Below, in pieces: positions 60,150-64,000 of a stretch of 64,000 nucleotides of DNA. Both the position numbers and the translations under genes were made by a program. Every line of letters begins with the position of its first letter. The first letter of the stretch is position 1. The notes beneath the pieces were generated by a model, which worked only from the letters and a program-made list of their open reading frames with translations, did not search any database and was not told the DNA's origin. Origin of the DNA: Mobula birostris (taxonomy: Eukaryota). The stretch covers positions 23,642,206 to 23,706,205 of the forward strand of contig NC_092400.1 of the NCBI RefSeq assembly GCF_030028105.1, read 5' to 3'.

Positions 60150-60826
60150 CCCTGCGAATGTGGGCGGAGGTCCGGGGTGGGGGGGGGAAGTGGTCGGTTT
60201 CCATGGAGACAGAAGTAGTCAGGATATAAACAGAGACCCAGCTGGGAGAGAAAGCTTGGCGAAAATAATGGAGCAACCGGAAACCTGGCGCTTCCACCCG
60301 GAGTGCGCAGGGAGCGTGAGGGGTGCGAACGGGCGCAGCGGAGAACACGCCGTGCGGGCTACCGGGCCGCGTACTCGATAGGATGGGCAGTCGGTAAAAG
60401 AGTTTTTGCGCTTGTGTGCGGCTCGCCAGGTGGGTCGCTGTCTGGTTCGCTGGGAGGCGGGTGCTCTGCTCTTCCGATGCGGAGGGAGGAGGGAGTCACG
60501 GGTGGGGGATGGAAGTCATCTGAGAAGAAACTAGTCATCCCTGGTCAGGGCTCCATCTGAGACCGGCCGGCGCGGCAGTCGGGAAGCGTGGACCGGAGAG
60601 GCTCACAGCGCGATGGGAACAGACCGAGAACGGCACTCAGCGGGCAGAGAGAGAGGCAGGAATCCATCCGAGCGTCCAATCTGGAACTAACCCTCGTTGT
60701 GCAAGGACGGGGGATATTAACCGGGGCGAATCACCTGAAGCCCGGGTTGACACAGCAATTTAAAGGGGAAGGAGCGAGGAGCGCGGACGAGTTACAAGGG
60801 GAGGGGCCGGCGGCTAGTTGAGGAAT
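60150..60826 (+). promoter_or_regulatory. GAS2L1 CpG-island promoter and 5' leader
   Basis: CpG-rich; GC box GGGCGGAG about 60162; X-box GTTTCCATGGAGAC 60197-60210; TATA-like GATATAAA about 60222. Confidence 0.65.
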
Positions 60827-61438
60827 ATGGCGGAGCAGAAGAACATCCAGTCGGCGGCCAGCAAGAGTATCCGCCCGTTCAGATCCAGCGAGGAATATCT
60901 GTACGCTATGAAGGAGGACCTGGCCGAGTGGCTCAACGCCCTGTACGATCTGGACATACACGTGGACTCTTTCATGGAAACACTGGAGACGGGATGTGCT
61001 CTGTCCCAACACGCCAACAACGTCAACCAGACTGCCCTGGAGTTTGAGCACAAGTGGCCGGAGACGGCCGGAAGGATGAAGGTTCCCCGCAACGGGGTGA
61101 CTTTCGCCTCCAAGAACGTGCAGCCCGGCTCCTTCATCGCCAGGGACAACGTGTCCAACTTCATTGACTGGTGCCGGCACGACCTGGGCATCCAGGACGC
61201 TCTGATGTTCGAGACCAACGACCTGGTCCTCCGCAAGAACGAGAAAAACTTCGTGCTGTGCCTGCTGGAGGTGGCCAGGCGGGGGTCCAAGTTCGGGATG
61301 TTGGCCCCAATGCTGATCCAGATGGAGGAGGAGATCGACGAGGAAATGCGCGATGCGTTGGAAGAGCCGCTCGACGAGAAGACGTTCCGTCCCCGAGTCC
61401 AGAGGAGGTTGTGCGACTTCAAAAATCTGGACGCCATG
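60827..61438 (+). CDS. GAS2L1: GAS2-like protein 1, first coding exon (calponin-homology domain); gene continues beyond the window
   Basis: [37 protein letters not shown]...[17 protein letters not shown]...[27 protein letters not shown]-like motifs; in-frame TAG upstream; donor ATG|gtaaga; position downstream of EWSR1 favours GAS2L1 over GAS2L2. Confidence 0.9.
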
Positions 61439-61899
61439 GTAAGATTGCCCATTTCAGGGCAGACCGATAGACAACTGAGCTGCCCAGGGTCCTGCTGTGT
61501 TACCGTCTGTACAATTCCCAATTCACCTCGTGGCTCCCTGTTTACAAGTACACGTTGTCACATCACTGTAGGACCAGCCTCCTTTAACAGCGCGCTGAAA
61601 GTGCTTCAGTTTTTAGTCCATATTAACCCAATGCTGATCGATCTGTGGGAGCTCTGCTGACTTCGGGTAGCAGTGTACAGAGTCACTAGCAGAAATATCC
61701 GTATCGTTAACAATATGGGCATGTCTAAGGTCACCTTGAGTAAAGTTTGGGCATTGGTGTGCAGGTTCGATTCTGTATCGGTATATAGTTTTGCTCTGTT
61801 GGAACGTGTATTTAGCTTCCGTGATTTTGATGATAATGTCTTGATTTTGAAAATCTGAGCCCAATAGCGTAGCAGGTTCTAAAGAGATTCCCGACAGAT

Positions 61900-62480
61900 G
61901 TTCAGGCTCCTCTGCTGCCCTGGTGTGGCTACTGTCAGGTTGGTGCAGCAAATCTCATTCTGCCTGGGTAGCCTCCAACCCAGAGGCATGAACATTGATT
62001 TCTCCAATTGTAATTTTTCCCCCTCTCTTTCTCTTTTTTTTCATTCCCATTCTGGCTCCCCTCCTACCCCTTCTCACTTGCCCATCACCTCTCTGGTGCC
62101 CCGCCCCATTATCTTTCTCCTCTGGTCCACTCTTCTCTACTATCAAATTCTTCCTTCTTCAGCCCTTTACCTTTCACCTATCACCTCCCAGCTTCTCACT
62201 TCATCTCCCCCCCCCATCACCCACCTACCTTCACCCACATCTAGTTCCACAGATCACCTGATAGTTTGTCCTCCTTCCCCTCCTACCACCTTATTCTGTT
62301 TTTTTTTTCTCCTTCACTTCCAATCTTGGTGACGCATCCAGGCCTGGAACCTCAACTGTTCCACTCCTTTTCATAGATGCTACCTGATCTGTTGAGTTCC
62401 TTCAGCATTTTGTGGTTGTTCTCCTGACAAGTGTGACCTGAAACATCAACTCTCATTTCTCTATTCTGAGTAGTTCCAGC
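61900..62480 (+). mobile_element. Penelope-like fragment
   Basis: FCLGSLQPRGMNIDFSN remnant, pyrimidine tract and the same tail as the other copies. Confidence 0.78.
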
Positions 62481-62679
62481 ACTTTTTTAAAATCATTGTA
62501 TACGGATCCCCGAGTCCCTCTATGCTCCAGTCAGGATGTGTGATTGGAGCTGTGCGTAGCTGGTAGCTTTTTTTCATAAACAGTCATTGAACCATAAAGC
62601 ACAGAAATGGACTCCCCCTTTGCTTGCCATTAACAACCCATTTATGCCAGTCCCCCTTTCCTCAGTTCCAGAGCACTGG

Positions 62680-63235
62680 AAATGTTACAGCTGTATAGGA
62701 CCCTGGTCAGACCCCACTTGGAGTACTGTGCTCAATTCTGGTCACCTCACTACAGGAAGGATGTGGAAACCATAGAAAGGGTGCAGGGGAGATTTACAAG
62801 GATGTTGTCTGGATTGGGGAGCATGACTTATGAGAATAGGTTGAGTGAACTCGGCCTTTTCTCCTTGGAGCGACGGAGGATGAGAGGTGACCTGATAGAG
62901 GCGTATAAGATGATGAGAGGTATTGATCGTGTGGATAGTCAGAGGCTGAAATGGCTAACACAAGAGGACACAACTTTAAGATGCTTGGAAGTAGGTACGG
63001 AGGAGATGTCAGGGGTAAGTTTTTTACATAGAGAGTGGTGAGTGCGTGGACTGGGCTGCCGGCGACAGTGGTGGAGGCAGATACAATAGGGTCTTTTAAG
63101 AGGCTCCTGGAGGGGTTCATGGAGCTTAGGAAAATAGAGGGCAATGGGTAACCCTAGGTAATTTCTAAAGTAAATACATGTTCGGCACAGCATTGTGGGC
63201 CGAAGGGCCTGTATTGTGCTGTAGGTTTTCTATGT
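62680..63235 (+). mobile_element. CR1 3' fragment
   Basis: MLQLYRTLVRPHLEYCAQFWSPHYRKDVETIERVQ... Confidence 0.92.
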
Positions 63236-63432
63236 TTATTCAACCCATAGCCTTCCAAACCATTGCATTTCATGCTCTGAGACAGTCACTGCCTCCAACA
63301 CCACTTCATGCAGTGCATTCCAGGTTTCAGCCACCCTTGGGGTGGAAAGCAAATTGTCAAATCCCTTGCTGTAAGCCGATACCCTCTTGTCATAGACTTT
63401 TCTGCCCAAGTTTTTCACCATCATCCTATCTA

Positions 63433-63958
63433 CACCCAGTGGCCACTTTATTAGGTACACCTGCTCGTTGATGCGAGTGTCTAATCAGCCAGTCATGGGG
63501 CAGCAACTCAAGGCATGAAAGCATGCGGACGTGGTCAAGAGCTTCAGTTGTTGTTCAGACCAAGCATCAGAATGGGAGAGAAATGTGATCCAGGCGACTT
63601 TGACTGTGGAATGATTGTTGGTGGCAGATGGAGTAGTTTGAGTATCTCAGAAACTGTTGATCGCCTGGGATTTTCACGCACAAGAGCCTCTGGAGCTTAC
63701 AGAGAATGGTGCAAAATAACAAAAAAAACATTCAGTGAGCGACAGTCCTTGTGGGTGAAAATGCCTGGTGAGTGAGCAAGGTCAGAGGAGAATGTCCTGA
63801 GAGCTTCAAGCTGGCAGGAAGGTGACGCTAATTCAAATAACCACTTGCTACAACGGCGGTGTGCAGAAGAGCATCTCGGAATGCGCAACGCATTGAACCT
63901 TGAAGCCGATGGGCTACAGCAACAGAGGACCCCAGACATACACTCAGTCACCACTTTA
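63433..63958 (+). mobile_element. Tc1-like deletion derivative
   Basis: TA followed by terminal CACCCAGTGGCCACTTTATTAGGTAC; transposase N-terminal HTH remnant GDFDCGMIVG...SISETVDRLGFSRT. Confidence 0.8.
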
Positions 63959-64000
63959 CTGCCAGTTAGAACGAGATGAAGAGGAATTTCTTTAGGCCAG

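Noticed and set aside
60731-61521. Antisense ORFs of 149 and 235 aa over GAS2L1
   Set aside because: Shadow ORFs of a GC3-rich coding exon
61439-61660. Extension of the GAS2L1 ORF to 280 aa
   Set aside because: Read-through past a good donor (ATG|gtaaga); family similarity ends at the donor

Overview
Vertebrate nuclear DNA. The repeat complement (CR1, Rex1-type, Penelope-like, tRNA-SINEs) suggests a cartilaginous fish, probably a ray; this is inference. The window holds the RHBDD3 <- -> EWSR1 -> GAS2L1 block, the same order as human chr22. (1) RHBDD3, minus strand: three coding exons are resolved (21098-21260, 5708-6103, 2921-3077), one intron is U12-type, and the 3' end lies left of the window. 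(2) EWSR1, plus strand: complete, with 17 coding exons from ATG 21948 to TGA 43053 (1977 nt, 658 aa) and all splice phases consistent. It shares a CpG-island promoter with RHBDD3. (3) GAS2L1: first coding exon (60827-61438, CH domain). Introns and intergenic DNA carry many decayed, often nested transposon fragments. I found no convincing wholly new multi-gene system. The strongest leads are RNA-level regulatory structures in EWSR1: an intron-8 alternative terminal exon whose nucleotides appear conserved with human beyond a premature stop, candidate poison, decoy or recursive splice sites, a second candidate truncating exon in intron 13, and a 3'UTR hairpin. There is also a 48-bp local templated copy at a LINE 5' junction. 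Comparisons to human sequences and repeat consensuses are from memory and need alignment.
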